The notes beneath the pieces are model-generated. The model was given only the letters and a program-made list of their open reading frames with translations, was not told the DNA's origin and searched no databases. Below, piece by piece: positions 26,310 to 39,879 of a stretch of 64,000 nt of DNA. Made by a program: the position numbers and the translations under genes. The first letter of the stretch is position 1. The number at the start of each line of letters is the position of its first letter. Origin of the DNA: Octopus bimaculoides. Its lineage: Eukaryota. Location of the stretch: the NCBI RefSeq assembly GCF_001194135.2, contig NC_068983.1, forward strand, positions 126,211,677 through 126,275,676, written 5' to 3'.

Positions 26310-27230
26310 TATCAGGTCATCCCATATGTTCTGTCCGAATTTTGAATAAAGAAAACAAGTGATCCAATATTATATTTAATTGAATTGTAATCATCAATGT
26401 ACTTTCCCTGATTATCTATGACTTCCTTCCATCTATTTACAAGCTTTTTAATACCATCAATGTAAAAAAGTGAAGTATTTTGAAATGTCAGTTTCGACCT
26501 CCTCCTAGCTTGCGAAAGTTATGTCTCCTAAATGATTCTGTAAACTACGAAACAAATGGTAGTCTTAAGCATCAAGTTCGGGAGAATAAGGTGGATGAGG
26601 AATTTTTTTCCCAACCAAGCTCTTCGATCTCCTGTGATGTGATCTGTGCAGTGTGAGGGTCACGCATTGTCCTGATGAAACATCAGTCGTTTTCGATTCA
26701 CTAAAGCGGGACTTTTTTTCTTCGAAGCTTGGTTCAAACGCTCTAATTGCTCACAGTAGACATGGACATTGATTGTTGCATTATGAGGTAACAATTCAAA
26801 GTGAATTACAACTTTGCAATCGCACAAGATAGAGAGAAGAATCTTTTCCCTATAAAGTTCACTTCTCGGTTGTGGTCGAGCTATTTCCCTTTTACCAAGC
26901 CGCATTTTACGACGTTTAAAATTTCGATTGAAGATCCATTTTTCGTCACCAGTCACAAGTCTATCCAAAAAGGGTGAAATGAGTTCGCGGGAATGGAGAG
27001 AAGAGCAGATGTCATCTCGGGATTTGCGGACGCTTTCGGACAATTCACGAGGCACCAATTTTCCAAGTTTAGGAACCTTGAGCAGTGCGCTTTTGAACCT
27101 GGCATTAGAAGGGGTGGACGGTACATTCCGTACAGTGGAATGGCGTCCAGTTGGAGATTTTTGTATAACACACAATGCCCATTTAGAATTTTCCATATGT
27201 AGACTGTTACATATCTGTCGCGTCTTCGCT
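26310..27230 (-). mobile_element. Mariner (DD34D) transposon, 5'-truncated, transposase pseudogene
   Basis: ORF 26660-27196 with FLDRLVTGDEKW and MFHQDNA, then HPPYSPELDA*DYHLFRSLQNHL; mariner-type TIR TA-tcaggtcatcccatatgttctgtcc at 26310. No matching second TIR seen. Confidence 0.9.
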
Positions 27231-27299
27231 TTATGAAGTAAATTCGTATGTTTTTCAGCCTCTCCCTCTAGGCTTTCTGCTGCATTCCTACAATTATTT

Positions 27300-28005
27300 T
27301 CTTGTTATGACATCGGAGCGCTGAAAGCTCCCCTGTTAGGTTGGCGATATATGGTGACCAGATGATTGCAGTTGTCCTGCGGCTAGCAACAAAGGTCTTC
27401 CATAGGCTCAACAAGATTTATTTGTCTCTTGTATAAAGAATAGTTGTAACCATCCAGACAATTTTCTGCACTTTGTTGCCATCTCATCAATGTACATCTG
27501 AATTTGTGAATCATTCCACATATTGATCCCCAAGTCTCTCATTGTCTTTGATTCTAGGACTAGTGCCTTCAGGTCCTTTATATAAAGACTGTGGTGTATT
27601 TATAAGTTTATAACGCAGGTGCTTGAAATTTTCTAGCCTTAAACTTCATGTTTTTTCCGTCCACTTGTATATTGAATTTAGATCCCACCGTAAGCTTGTA
27701 ATATTATCTAAATTATATTTTGCTTGTAATAATTTTGTATCATCGGAGTAACTAGTGATTGTGGCTGGCTGGGTGACCATGGGCGTGTCTGAGAAACAAC
27801 TATTTATTAGTAAAGGTATCACGAGATGTATTTCCCCGGAGAAGGAACCATTGGCTCCAACTACCTGAACTCTATCTGTTAGGGATTCATACAACCACTC
27901 GCCCAGTTTACTACCTATGCCAAATTTTCGCAGTTTATAACATACTGTGCGATGACCTACCTTATCAAAGGTTTTTGTGTCATCAAGATATATCACTTTG
28001 ATATA
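27300..28005 (-). mobile_element. CR1-group LINE RT fragment
   Basis: IYLDDTKTFDKVGHR...KLRKFGIGSKLGEWLYESLTDRVQVV, SYSDDTKLL, LRWDLNSIYKW, MRDLGI. Confidence 0.85.
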
Positions 28006-28125
28006 TGAACGATCAAGCAGCTACTTCAAGTGTTTGTTTTTAGTCAATGCCTTACTTACGTCACTTTTACTGGCTGCCTCACCTATCTCCTCCTCTCTGT
28101 TATCCATCACCTATATGTGTGTGTA

Positions 28126-28167
<42 letters not shown>

Positions 28168-28177
28168 NNNNNNNNNN

Positions 28178-28211
<34 letters not shown>

Positions 28212-30220
28212 CAATGTGTGTTTTACCTTATCAACCTCACGTACCCGAAACGAACCAGAGGCAAACTGAATAGCTTGTCCATGATTACATTTAAAATTGC
28301 ATAAAGACCAACTGCTGGGATACCCGAACAAAGCATACGTAGGAATAAATTCAAATACGAATTAGAAGCAGCATAATTCTTGCACACCATATACAACACA
28401 TATACACAACGAATGAGCACTGCTTGTTCGACGGAAGGCTGTGAATTAACTCGGTGGAGTCGACCTTCTCAAATTCACCGGTTGTTAAAAAACCTTAGTC
28501 ATAGTTATAAACATGTGAGACAACTCACAACATGTCTCATTCAGGAGTGATCGACATCGATGTTTCGCCATTTTTTGGATTATCAACATCACGTTCCTCG
28601 TATTTCCCATCCATTTGTATGATATTATGTGCGCTCTTTAAAAATTGGATAGGTTATTCAATTTCATATTTGTATATTATGTCAGAAAATTGTGACTTAC
28701 AGTAATGGGTAACTACCTTTCTTCAATAATCTACTCCATGATTTTGGACTGCATTTTATCAAGAATAAAAGCGACCAGTTATTTATTTTCTGTAAGCTGA
28801 AAATGAATATCGATCTTGATATTATCTATTTGATCACATCTCTAGATTGTCTAACACAATCCACATCTAGTCTTTTATACTAAGTGTATGCTCGAGATTT
28901 TCCTTACTGTTGCATAAAATCATTAATTCAAATCACGTTTCGTTTAACAAAGTAATACATTTTTACTTGCAAATGAAACCCGGATTTTGATGCAATTGTA
29001 CATAAAATATATTTATAAAGCAGTTATTTTCCCTGTGCTTTTTTAAAATACAGTGAATATATTTGTTCTTACTTATTTCAAGTGAAACAGGCGAACGTAT
29101 ACTGAATTTAACTGCAAAAAATAAAACAACAACGAAAAGCATTATTTCCTGTATATGTTAGAAATAGGTATGCAACTATTGGGATTTTACAAACGGGACT
29201 ATTTTCTCTTATTTTTTACTCATTCAGGTTACTGTAAATTATAATTTGGCTCCCCAACATTCGTTGTTCAAATGCTTCGAAATTTTCTGGAAGATAACAC
29301 GGATTACGTGTTTCCTCTATGTATTTAATGTGATTGTTTAACAAAAAATAAAACAGAAAGAAAATGTAACGTAATATTCAGATGTTGCAGTAATGTAATA
29401 GAGTGCCAGAAAAGAAAACAAAATAAGGTTTGTATTGTGGAAAGCAATCATGTAGATGAGATGATATACTTCTATAAAAATGTATAGCAGCGGTTTCTTC
29501 GAATACGCTACGCACTAGGACGTTACTGCACCGTGCCAGTAAGGAACCATTATAAAGCATAATAAACGAACCGTAATAAAGTATTAGCAAAACTAATGCA
29601 TGCCGCCAGAGTATTTTGATATTTAGTAAAATATGAATAGGATTACAAACAGGATATATATGTATTTAAATATTTTCCCCCTGAAGTTATTCACATTAAT
29701 AAAGATACACTATCCGCAAATTTATGCAAGAAGTAAATGTAATTTTTATCTAAGTAGTATAAGTAATTCGGTAGCTATAACGATCTGCCAATAAACTGCC
29801 ATCATGCACAACTGTGGTAATTTTCGTATATATATAAATATATATAAATATATATATATATATATATNNNNNNNNNNNNNNNNNNNNNNNNNNNNNNNNN
29901 NNNNNNNNNNNNNNNNNNNNNNNNNNNNNNNNNNNNNNNNNNNNNNNNNNNNNNNNNNNNNNNNNNNNNNNNNNNNNNNNNNNNNNNNNNNNNNNNNNNN
30001 NNNNNNNNNNNNNNNNNNNNNNNNNNNNNNNNNNNNNNNNNNNNNNNNNNNNNNNNNNNNNNNNNNNNNNNNNNNNNNNNNNNNNNNNNNNNNNNNNNNN
30101 NNNNNNNNNNNNNNNNNNNNNNNNNNNNNNNNNNNNNNNNNNNNNNNNNNNNNNNNNNNNNNNNNNNNNNNNNNNNNNNNNNNNNNNNNNNNNNNNNNNN
30201 NNNNNNNNNNNNNNNNNNNN

Positions 30221-30251
<31 letters not shown>

Positions 30252-32082
30252 TATATACATACATTTGCACTTAATATTCTGCAGAGCTAATGAATTAAAC
30301 TATTCCGAGTGCATTACTGAGTGTTATGTTATTGTCTATGAAGATATAAAAATTATAAAAAGGAAAAACTCTTGAGGTTTTGGGATTACGAAAATTAAAG
30401 TGTAAATATATTACAACAGTTTTCTTAAAATTCTATTAAATTCCTAATCAAAATCACTTAACAATTTTCAATAGTAATTGAAGATTCGCAAGGCAGAAAT
30501 ATATTTTAAAACTGAAATTTGTTTTGCTTGACACAAATCAAAATATTTGTGAATAATGATTTCGTGTATATCATATCCATATATTTGTTAATTTAAAATA
30601 TATTTTATATTTAATTTTATATTTTAATTCGAGTTCACTGAGTAAATAAACCGTAAGCATATATTCGAAAAGAAAATCCAATTATTCAATTATATCTTGT
30701 TGAAATAACTTTTTAGATCTATAAATGTATAAATATTTCTAAACGTATAAATATTTCTAAATATGTGTTACAGATAATTAAACTCGACAATTTACCTTCT
30801 AGTTATTTTCATTTCTTCGCATTTGTTTAAGCAAATCAATGTAAATCGAAATACATGACAAATTATCTCAGAACTTGATCTTATAATGTTTTACTCATAC
30901 TATGCACTATGTTTAGACATTAATAGTAATGCTTAGGTATATAAAATTTTCATCGCCGAATCGATAGTATATGACTTTTTAATGCTAATATATAATTAAT
31001 AGAAGACATGAATGACCTATTATATAGAGCTTAATTCGTTCTAGTATGAGAAATGTAAACTCTTAAGGAGCATATTTAGAAATATAGTGAAGAGAATTCA
31101 GAATATTATTGCAGGCGTCATATTTTCAGAGCTTTAGATATAGATGTGAGTGCATAAGGAAGTCATAAAACAACGATCATGTGCTATTGTGGTGAAAAAT
31201 AGAAGTGTGTTATATTACAACGCCCACAAATATGCAATGATGTCTATATAATCGCGAGCATATACGCCTTCTTTCTCTCCCTCTCTCTCTCACAAAAACA
31301 TACACATACACCCACTCTTACAGACATTTTTCTCCCTTATAAACGGGATAAAGCATAACATATATAAAGGTGGTTGAGTATGTTACTAGAAAGTGTACCC
31401 TTTTAACTCGTAATCCCGCGCTTTGTGTCAAATATTTTTCGAACGAATTTAATTGTTAGAATATGTGCCAAAACATAAACAAAATGATTACTTACTATGA
31501 TAAAACAATCATGCACATAAAATATTTTGGTTTCTAAACTTTGGATTTATTAATATCATTTTTATTTTTTGTATGTCGTCTACGTAATATGCAATTAATG
31601 TTGAAACACTAGATATACCAAGACAAAAAATACTTAACTTACTATAAAATGCAGCCTTATAAGCTTTATATATTACATTAAAATATCATAAAGGTAATTC
31701 ACTTACAGAAAATAATTCAACAATGACAATGCATTTAAAGAAAAAAGCACTCCATTATTTTCGAGATTAAAATTTATATTTATTTCATAATATGGAATTG
31801 TAGAATTTTTTTATTCACCTGTATAGTTTTACAAATAATATGCAACTTTATCAATTTATGCAATTTAATATAGTAGCGTTCGAAAACTTTATATCTTATC
31901 CCGATCTTGAATATTTAGAATTTAGAAGAGCATTCTCGAATTCATAAATTGATCGTAACAAAGTCAGCTCTAGCCTTCAAGGTCTAATAAGGCAAATGGA
32001 AATCAACAAGTGCGGCCAATAATATGGACTTTCCTTCTATCGTCTACTATATATTGGTAATTTCTGATTACAAATACCAATA

Positions 32083-32150
<68 letters not shown>

Positions 32151-32172
32151 ATAATAATAATAATAATAATAA
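32083..32172. repeat. (TAC)n(TAA)n tract, probable tail of the adjacent LINE 3' end
   Basis: Direct reading; abuts AATAAA on the minus strand. Confidence 0.9.
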
Positions 32173-32325
32173 TTAATTCGTTTTATTGGCCACAAGGGCT
32201 AATATCAATTAAAAACATGTAAGGACAAAGACAGGACGAAGGTTACAAAAGGTTTTGTCCGGAAAGGTAGGAAAGTTCGTCTAAACAGAGGAAGAAAACG
32301 AAGAAAGATATAACAAATAAATAGA

Positions 32326-32356
<31 letters not shown>

Positions 32357-32470
32357 ATAGAACTCCCAAAGGAGGATACGCTTCGTAAAAGGAAAGGTTA
32401 CACGTGGAAAAACCCATAAAACTACGGGAGCCTGGTCAGAAAAAATAAGAAAGGGGTATAGAGCCCTTTC
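32173..32470 (-). mobile_element. Probable L1/Tx1-type LINE 3' UTR
   Basis: T-rich minus strand ending cccttgtggccAATAAAacgaatt followed by the (ATT)n tail. Confidence 0.55.
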
Positions 32471-32477
32471 TCCTTTT

Positions 32478-32665
32478 ACATTATCACGCTCTTTAGTGCC
32501 GACTTGAAAATGTTGGCCATGGTATTAGTGAAGAGGGTGGGGCTCGTCATGAAGAAGCTGGTTGGAGACGCGTGATCCCAAACAGGTCCACCGCCGATAA
32601 CCTCCACCTCATTCGCTACATCATAGGCAGGGTAATTAGGAAACCTGGCATGGATATCCGAAATG
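32478..32665 (+). mobile_element. Tx1/L1-clade RT fragment
   Basis: ITLFSADLKMLAMVLVKRVGLVMKKLVGDA/VIPNRSTADNLHLIRYII matches RPITLLN.D.KILAKVL..RL..V...LV...QT..VPGR.I.DNLHL.R. Confidence 0.75.
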
Positions 32666-32794
32666 GTAAAACTTCTCTTTTCGAATTCCCAAGTATTAAA
32701 TGAATTCTGTCCCCGCATAATTTATTGCCCGATGTTATTTCTATATAATATTTTACATCATGCATGCATTTAAATATTCTTTTCTACTCCATGC

Positions 32795-32982
32795 AGAAGG
32801 CCTGAAATTTTTGGGGAGGCGGCCAGTCGATTAGACCGACCCCAGTATGCAACTGGTTCTTAATTTACTAACCCCTAATGAATGGAAAGCAAAGTCGACC
32901 TCGGCGGAATTTGAATTCAGATCGTAAAGATAGACGAAACACCGTTAAGCCTTTCGCCCGTTTCTGCCAGCTCGCCGCCTTA
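32795..32982 (-). mobile_element. tRNA-derived SINE (family B)
   Basis: gtcgattagaccgaccccagt...aaagtcgacctcggcggaatttgaattcaga...ttctgccagctcgccgcctt. Confidence 0.9.
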
Positions 32983-33989
32983 ACATTTATTGTAATATTA
33001 CAATATTACATCATACATGCATCGCAGACACTCGATAGAGACAGATGCACATATGAGTGTCATCATGTGCGTATATTCTCACTTTCAAGCTGGTTTTCTA
33101 AATTAGACAATATAGGAAGTAGACAGGAATCAAAAGGATTAAGAGGACTTCTTTGTAACTAGTTCAGTATGTGTTATACGTTGATTTCCCTCTGAATATT
33201 TCTAATATTGTTAAATAAGCAGACGTTAGCGGAGAACAAAAGTTATTGTGACATGAAGTTAAATTAATTATTAATAAGCGTCTGTTGTTTAGCATTATAT
33301 CAAAAATTGCTTTTAGAAAAGTAGGATGCAAATGCTATCGTTTTCATCATATTACACTTATCTATCCTTCACAGAGCAATAGCTTCAGCAATCTAGCGAA
33401 ATAACAATCTCACAGATTTGCACAATCTGTTTGCTTTCTCATTCTGTTTCCCTTTATTTCTATATTTATTTCATTCATACTGTTGCTCTGTATTACACAT
33501 GATGAAGGTTTTTAGCAAATAGTTTCGTTTATCAGTGTAAATAAATGAAGAAGAAAGTGTTTCTACTTAAAAAAAAAATGTTTGGAAGAAACGCTAATCT
33601 CTTTCATACCTTCTTTAGAAGGAAATAATTATTTTATTTGAAGCCAATCTCACAATAAAAGAAATCCATTCTCTCCACTCATCCGATGGATTGTGTCAGA
33701 TGTGGCGTTCTAATATATCTTTACTAATTTTCCTTACCTCACTCACGATTTGGTATTTACGGATTGATATATTTCAGCGATCAGCTGTATAAATAGAGAT
33801 TGCTGTGATTTAGTTGTGGCTATGACTATAAACTACACACGATAGTGAGAGCTTGGGGCCCTGGTTTCTGGGTTTTGAGGAGTGTGGAACCACCTTTTAG
33901 TCACTATTGTTCCCAGGTCTATCTGGACCAAGTGGTTGCAACTGTAAGAGTTCCAGCTTTGAGTAAACTAGTAAACCACTCTGCGACTT

Positions 33990-34890
33990 GGTGTGGAATC
34001 GGTAGAATGTAGTCGTCGTATATTTTTTGTGTGGAGTAAGAGGTGACTAAAAGGGACGGGAGTGAAGGGACAGGGAATCCAATCCTCCTAGTAATTCAAT
34101 ATTCCTAAAAAGACAGCAAGAAAAAGACAAGGGAATGGAACAAGGATAACACCAAATCTCACCCTAGTACTAGGGTCATGGAATGTGCGTGGAAGTAGTA
34201 CAAGTGAGGTAAGGAGGAGATAGATAAAGAGCATGAGGATGAGGACAAGGATGGATGTACTAGCACTGAGGGAGACCAAGATGAAAGGTAAGGAAGAATG
34301 CCAGTTTGGGAATGTGACTGGATGAGTGTCGGGAGTGGGGGCTGGAGGGTTCGTGAGGGATTGGTATTGGTGGTGAGTGAGTGTGTAAAGGAGAGTGCGG
34401 TGGAGTGTAGGGAAGTGTCTCAAGGTTAATGTAGGTTAAAATGAGGTGGGGAAGAGAGATGTGGATATTTTCTAGTGCATATTGTCCAGGGAGTGAAATG
34501 ATTGTGGAAGAAGGAGAGTTCTGGAGGGAACTGACAGTGTGTGTGGATAGGGGGGGGGGAAGTGGTGTTGTGTGATTTGAATGCGCAAGTGAGAAATGAG
34601 GAGTGGAAAATGTAGTAGGAAAATATGGAGTTCCTGGTCGGGATGAGAGTGGAAGAAGGTTTTGGAAATGTGTATGGAACTGGAATTGGTGGTGGGAATA
34701 GTCTTTTTCAAAAGTAGGAGAATAAGATCATGTGGTGGAGGGTGGAGGGAGGAACTTTTTGTGGATAGGACCTTAAAAGATTATGTATTAATTGATAAGA
34801 GAATGGCTTAAAAGTTTGTGAATGTGCATGTAATAAGAGGTGAAGGCGGAGGTGTGTCAGGCCACTTCTTAGTACAGTGTTTGGAAATTT
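33990..34890 (-). mobile_element. Very decayed PLE-like coding remnant
   Basis: Same G/T-rich plus strand (S/H/P/T-rich minus translation) as the PLE at 4960-6310; motifs only weakly recognisable. Confidence 0.4.
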
Positions 34891-35278
34891 AACCATTGTT
34901 AAAATGTCAAATGTAGATTAATTATAAGTAACCTGATTTCTTTATCCTCAACATGAAATTGTGTTCATCAACATTCAGTCAACTACAGATTTGCTAATCC
35001 ATGGCAAGAAGAAAGAGTTACATATACTGCGAATAATTCAATATAATATTACAAAATGAGAATGTTATTTAAATAATAGGAAAGTGGAGGCACACTATCT
35101 ATGTAATAGACAGGATAGTAACAGTTAGAAAAACATTTGATCATAGGTTTCGTTACAGTTAACGTGAGACTAGAAAAACAACATTGACGATAACATTAAT
35201 TCCAATAGACAGAGTTCTACTCTAGGAAAATTTGAAATATATCACAGTAGTAACAACTTGTATAGCAACTTCTAATTG

Positions 35279-35322
<44 letters not shown>

Positions 35323-35944
35323 GCAATGAAAAAAAGCAAGTAGGAAAATGTCTTAGTGTAACGTTTAAATAAGAAAGGGGTGAGTCTTAACGTTTCCAAC
35401 GCTTGTCGTTCGTCAGGAAGAACATACAAAAAGTAAAGTGTGAAAGAGGAAAAGTGATTCAGAAAAATATGGACGAGGGTTTAAGGATCAGGTGGATATG
35501 TGGTTCGATTTGTGGAGTTAAAGAAGAAGAGAGGGCACGCGTGGCTATGTATTTTCCAGGGTGTGTCTATATTTCGAAACAGGCATAAAGATACTCACTG
35601 CTATTTTTGTGTATGTTTGTAGATGTTTGAAGGTAAGAAAGTATAGCGGATTGCTTGAGTTGTGTGGGAACGGTTGTTTGTGTGTGGGTGTATATGAAGG
35701 AAGCATGTAGAAACTGAGTAAGTTAAAGTGGATGCGAGTTTGAGGTAAGTGGAAGGCGAGAGCAATGTGAGGATACCGTAAATGTGTATGTAATGGTAGG
35801 TATATGAGATACTGTCATGTGGAAATGATAACAACCCAAACAGATATTTTGTTCTCACCCGATTTTTGGATATGCTGAATCCAAAAATAGAATACATTTT
35901 TAAACATTACCTCTAGACTCAACACACCAAACCCTAACAAATCA

Positions 35945-36430
35945 TTAGTGGGTGATATGCGTGGTCTTTAAGATACTCAGCATTTTCCCCGGGCAGCAAA
36001 GTGAATACTACAAATATCCATTACTCGTATGTATGTGGGGCAGCAGATCCGTGAAAAAAAAAACATTTGGTGACTAAAAAAAATGACAGCAGCGAATATT
36101 AGTTTCAGGGCATTTTAATATGGTTGAAGAACCATTAATTCAAATGGGAAAACTCATCCTCACTCCAATCCATAACAAACTTAGTATTATGAAGCACTTC
36201 ATTAAAGCTGTGGATGCACCATATTTCCACTGTAACGGCAACACATTTTCCCGGGCTGAGCTGCGAAAAGATAAAGGCAGGAGTATTTCATGGGTTGCAG
36301 ATCAGAAAATTAACGAGATGTGGTAACTTAGTAAGTTCGTTGCATTTCATTGAAGCAAGAGCATACAATTCATTTGTAATAGTTCTAAATGACTTTCGGA
36401 GAAACATGGAAGTAGCCAACTAAATCGAAA
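35945..36430 (+). mobile_element. DNA transposase remnant, middle part (CMC/Chapaev-3-like as I recall the family)
   Basis: PGQQSEYYKYP..CMWGSR, EPLIQMGKLILTPIHNKLSIMKHFIKA, FPGLSCEKIKAGVFHGLQIRKL, EARAYNSFVIV..F.RN.EVAN. Confidence 0.75.
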
Positions 36431-37239
36431 GAAGTTTGCTTCCAAACCAAATGGTTTCGGTTCCAATCTGATTGCGAAACCCATGTGACCCTAATCTAAT
36501 AACTGAACCCAATTATAAATAAAAGATAATGAATTACAAATGTTTTTATACACCCACACATTTTCCTCTCCACTTCTCAGCAGTGGACAACACTCTTTAT
36601 TCACCCTCACTGACACTGAAACTCACTCGTTATGGCACGCAAAAACACAAGCATAAATCACATTCACACAATCACACACTTGCAGGCACGAGCCGTATTA
36701 TAGCGTCGTATTCTGCTCATGACCTTAAGTCCCTTTCTGTCCTGTCATCCTTTCGTCACTTCCATTTTCATGTGGTTATATCAACTCTCTTAACCAAGGC
36801 TTTGGCTAAAATCTTATCCTCCGTTTTCCATGATTTTCTTCTCTGCAGTCTCTATTTGCTCTCTTCCCTTTATATAGGTCGTAAACTCCAACTCGTACTT
36901 ATACATCTGCATCATCTTCGAAATTTCGTTTATCAGGTTTTTATCATTCTATCGAAATTGCTATCTCACCTGCACCTTACACCATTTTAATTCTTAATTT
37001 CAATTGTAAAATCAGTTTGTTGTTAATGTTATTAGCTTTCTTTAATTTTCTACTTTTCCCCAATCCTTTGTTTAATTATTACCTTTAACTTCTCTCTTTG
37101 AATTCGCACGCTCACCTTTTGCATTATTCTGTTTTTCTTTTTTTTTTTTTCTTTTGTTTGCTGAAATATATCGCATTCTCTTTGCCCCCCATTATTTCTT
37201 CTAACACCTTTTTTCATACAGCTAAAAATTTGGAAAAAA

Positions 37240-37792
37240 AACTCAGTTCCCAACAGCTTTGAAACTAAAATAAGTGTTTTTTGACACACAATCCGAAAAT
37301 GACAGCCGTCTTTTACAATCAAGTGAACATTTTAAGATTGTGAATTTATAGAATCTCATTGCTTTTTCGATAAAATAGCTTTTGAAAAACACGGCATAAA
37401 ACACAAACATAGATAGAAACTAAATTTTCTTCAAAATCAGAAAGCTTCCTCAAAATTTACTGGGAAAATCTAGTAAAGACCTTAAAATTTCTACATTATT
37501 CTTTATAGCTAATTTCTCATAAATTTGCATTTGAATGATTTTCTTGAGCACTGAAAATCTGGAAGTCACGTAACCAAGTTCCAACAATAGTAGGCCACCA
37601 TACGCAAGTCCCATCAGCTTTGATAACTTTGTCACCATTGAATTTATTCCCTGGTGAAAACCTTCTCTCAGTGTCATCAAACTTTTCAGGGAATTTATCA
37701 AGGTTGCGGGGGCTGCGCAACTTTATACTCATATTTGCTGCCAACTTTTGAAAGTTGTCCAGCCTGTGGTTGACTATTTCGGTATAGTTGGC
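37240..37792 (-). mobile_element. Same DNA transposase family, C-terminal part and 3' subterminal region, inverted
   Basis: ANYTEIVNHRLDNFQKLAANMSIKL...LDKFPEK, EGFHQGI, RWDLRMVAYYCW match the consensus NY.E.V..ML.NFQKLG.NMS.K.HFLHSHLD.FPEN..GERFHQDI..RW...MMADYCW. Confidence 0.75.
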
Positions 37793-38256
37793 TCGGAACG
37801 CACATATATAAAATCACGTTTACGTTTTATATATGGCATTTTCTAAGAAACATCTCACGTTTGGTTTCCCCATCGCTGATGACGTCTCAAACGTCTCGAA
37901 ACATCTGAAAGGAACTTATAAGTCGTCCCATACCGATCACAAGTCAGTAATCCAGCAGTCCGTCATTCAAGATTTTGGGAACTACAAAGCTTAATGAGTT
38001 CACTGAGTGATCTACACACTCTGCTGCACTAGATGCACGAGAGATCATGCTAGATATTTCAATGTAGACGGGAGTGCCACCATGACCACGCTTGTGGCTG
38101 AGTAGCTCTGTCTTTGAGGAGTAGATATGACCATACGGCTCACAATAGAGACTCTAATGCACTTCTCAGGAAGGGGGTTTACAGCCCCCTCTATTATACA
38201 TACATACGCAGAAGCATACATACATATATTTTACATGTGTATATATGCATGAATAT

Positions 38257-38289
<33 letters not shown>

Positions 38290-39879
38290 NNNNNNNNNNN
38301 NNNNNNNNNNNNNNNNNNNNNNNNNNNNNNNNNNNNNNNNNNNNNNNNNNNNNNNNNNNNNNNNNNNNNNNNNNNNNNNNNNNNNNNNNNNNNNNNNNNN
38401 NNNNNNNNNNNNNNNNNNNNNNNNNNNNNNNNNNNNNNNNNNNNNNNNNNNNNNNNNNNNNNNNNNNNNNNNNNNNNNNNNNNNNNNNNNNNNNNNNNNN
38501 NNNNNNNNNNNNNNNNNNNNNNNNNNNNNNNNNNNNNNNNNNNNNNNNNNNNNNNNNNNNNNNNNNNNNNNNNNNNNNNNNNNNNNNNNNNNNNNNNNNN
38601 NNNNNNNNNNNNNNNNNNNNNNNNNNNNNNNNNNNNNNNNNNNNNNNNNNNNNNNNNNNNNNNNNNNNNNNNNNNNNNNNNNNNNNNNNNNNNNNNNNNN
38701 NNNNNNNNNNNNNNNNNNNNNNNNNNNNNNNNNNNNNNNNNNNNNNNNNNNNNNNNNNNNNNNNNNNNNNNNNNNNNNNNNNNNNNNNNNNNNNNNNNNN
38801 NNNNNNNNNNNNNNNNNNNNNNNNNNNNNNNNNNNNNNNNNNNNNNNNNNNNNNNNNNNNNNNNNNNNNNNNNNNNNNNNNNNNNNNNNNNNNNNNNNNN
38901 NNNNNNNNNNNNNNNNNNNNNNNNNNNNNNNNNNNNNNNNNNNNNNNNNNNNNNNNNNNNNNNNNNNNNNNNNNNNNNNNNNNNNNNNNNNNNNNNNNNN
39001 NNNNNNNNNNNNNNNNNNNNNNNNNNNNNNNNNNNNNNNNNNNNNNNNNNNNNNNNNNNNNNNNNNNNNNNNNNNNNNNNNNNNNNNNNNNNNNNNNNNN
39101 NNNNNNNNNNNNNNNNNNTATATATATACCGAACTACTTGGTAAAATTGTTAATTATTAATTTATTAATTAATTGACAATTCCCTGCCCTACATCTATAA
39201 TGGTAATTCACTCCCGGATAGTTAACTGTAGTTTTTCTGCGGTAATACTCGAGACGCACGTGGGGAAATTTGGAGATGGATACGAACTTTACTCGTCGAT
39301 ATGAATTCGGAGATGCTGGTTCTCTTATGTGATGCTCGATGTCGCATGATCGAATGTGCATAGGTTTATCAGCGTTTTCAAATGTATAATCTAGAATATC
39401 ATACTGAAGGGAGGAAATGAATGTTTACACAATTCTAATCCCGAAACGCATCCATGAGTAACTAACGACAGGTTGGTTTCGTTATTTTTATTCTTTTGCC
39501 TATGTGAGTCACAATTATTTCTATTTGTGGAAATATATTGTAGTGGTAGAATTAGTATTTTAACTGCTATATCTAAATTTTCGGTATGTTGGCTCCAGAG
39601 CCCCCTTTAACTAGGTTAGCCTAGGCTTAGGTTAAGGCTTAGTTGTAATCTCTTCTGCCACAGAGGATCGGAATCACTTTGGGCGTTCTATTTTCCTTGC
39701 CAGAAGGGCTCGCAACCGGAGCGTTAGATGATGGGGTAGTGGTTTCGAAAGGGCCGGCAATGCAACTTGATCACCTCTGCCGGTCAGAGCCATGCGTTCC
39801 CGTCCCGACACTGATTCTGCAGAAATGTATTGTGTGTGGAAGATTTTATGAATCAGCAATGTTGTGTTCAGTTAAGTCC

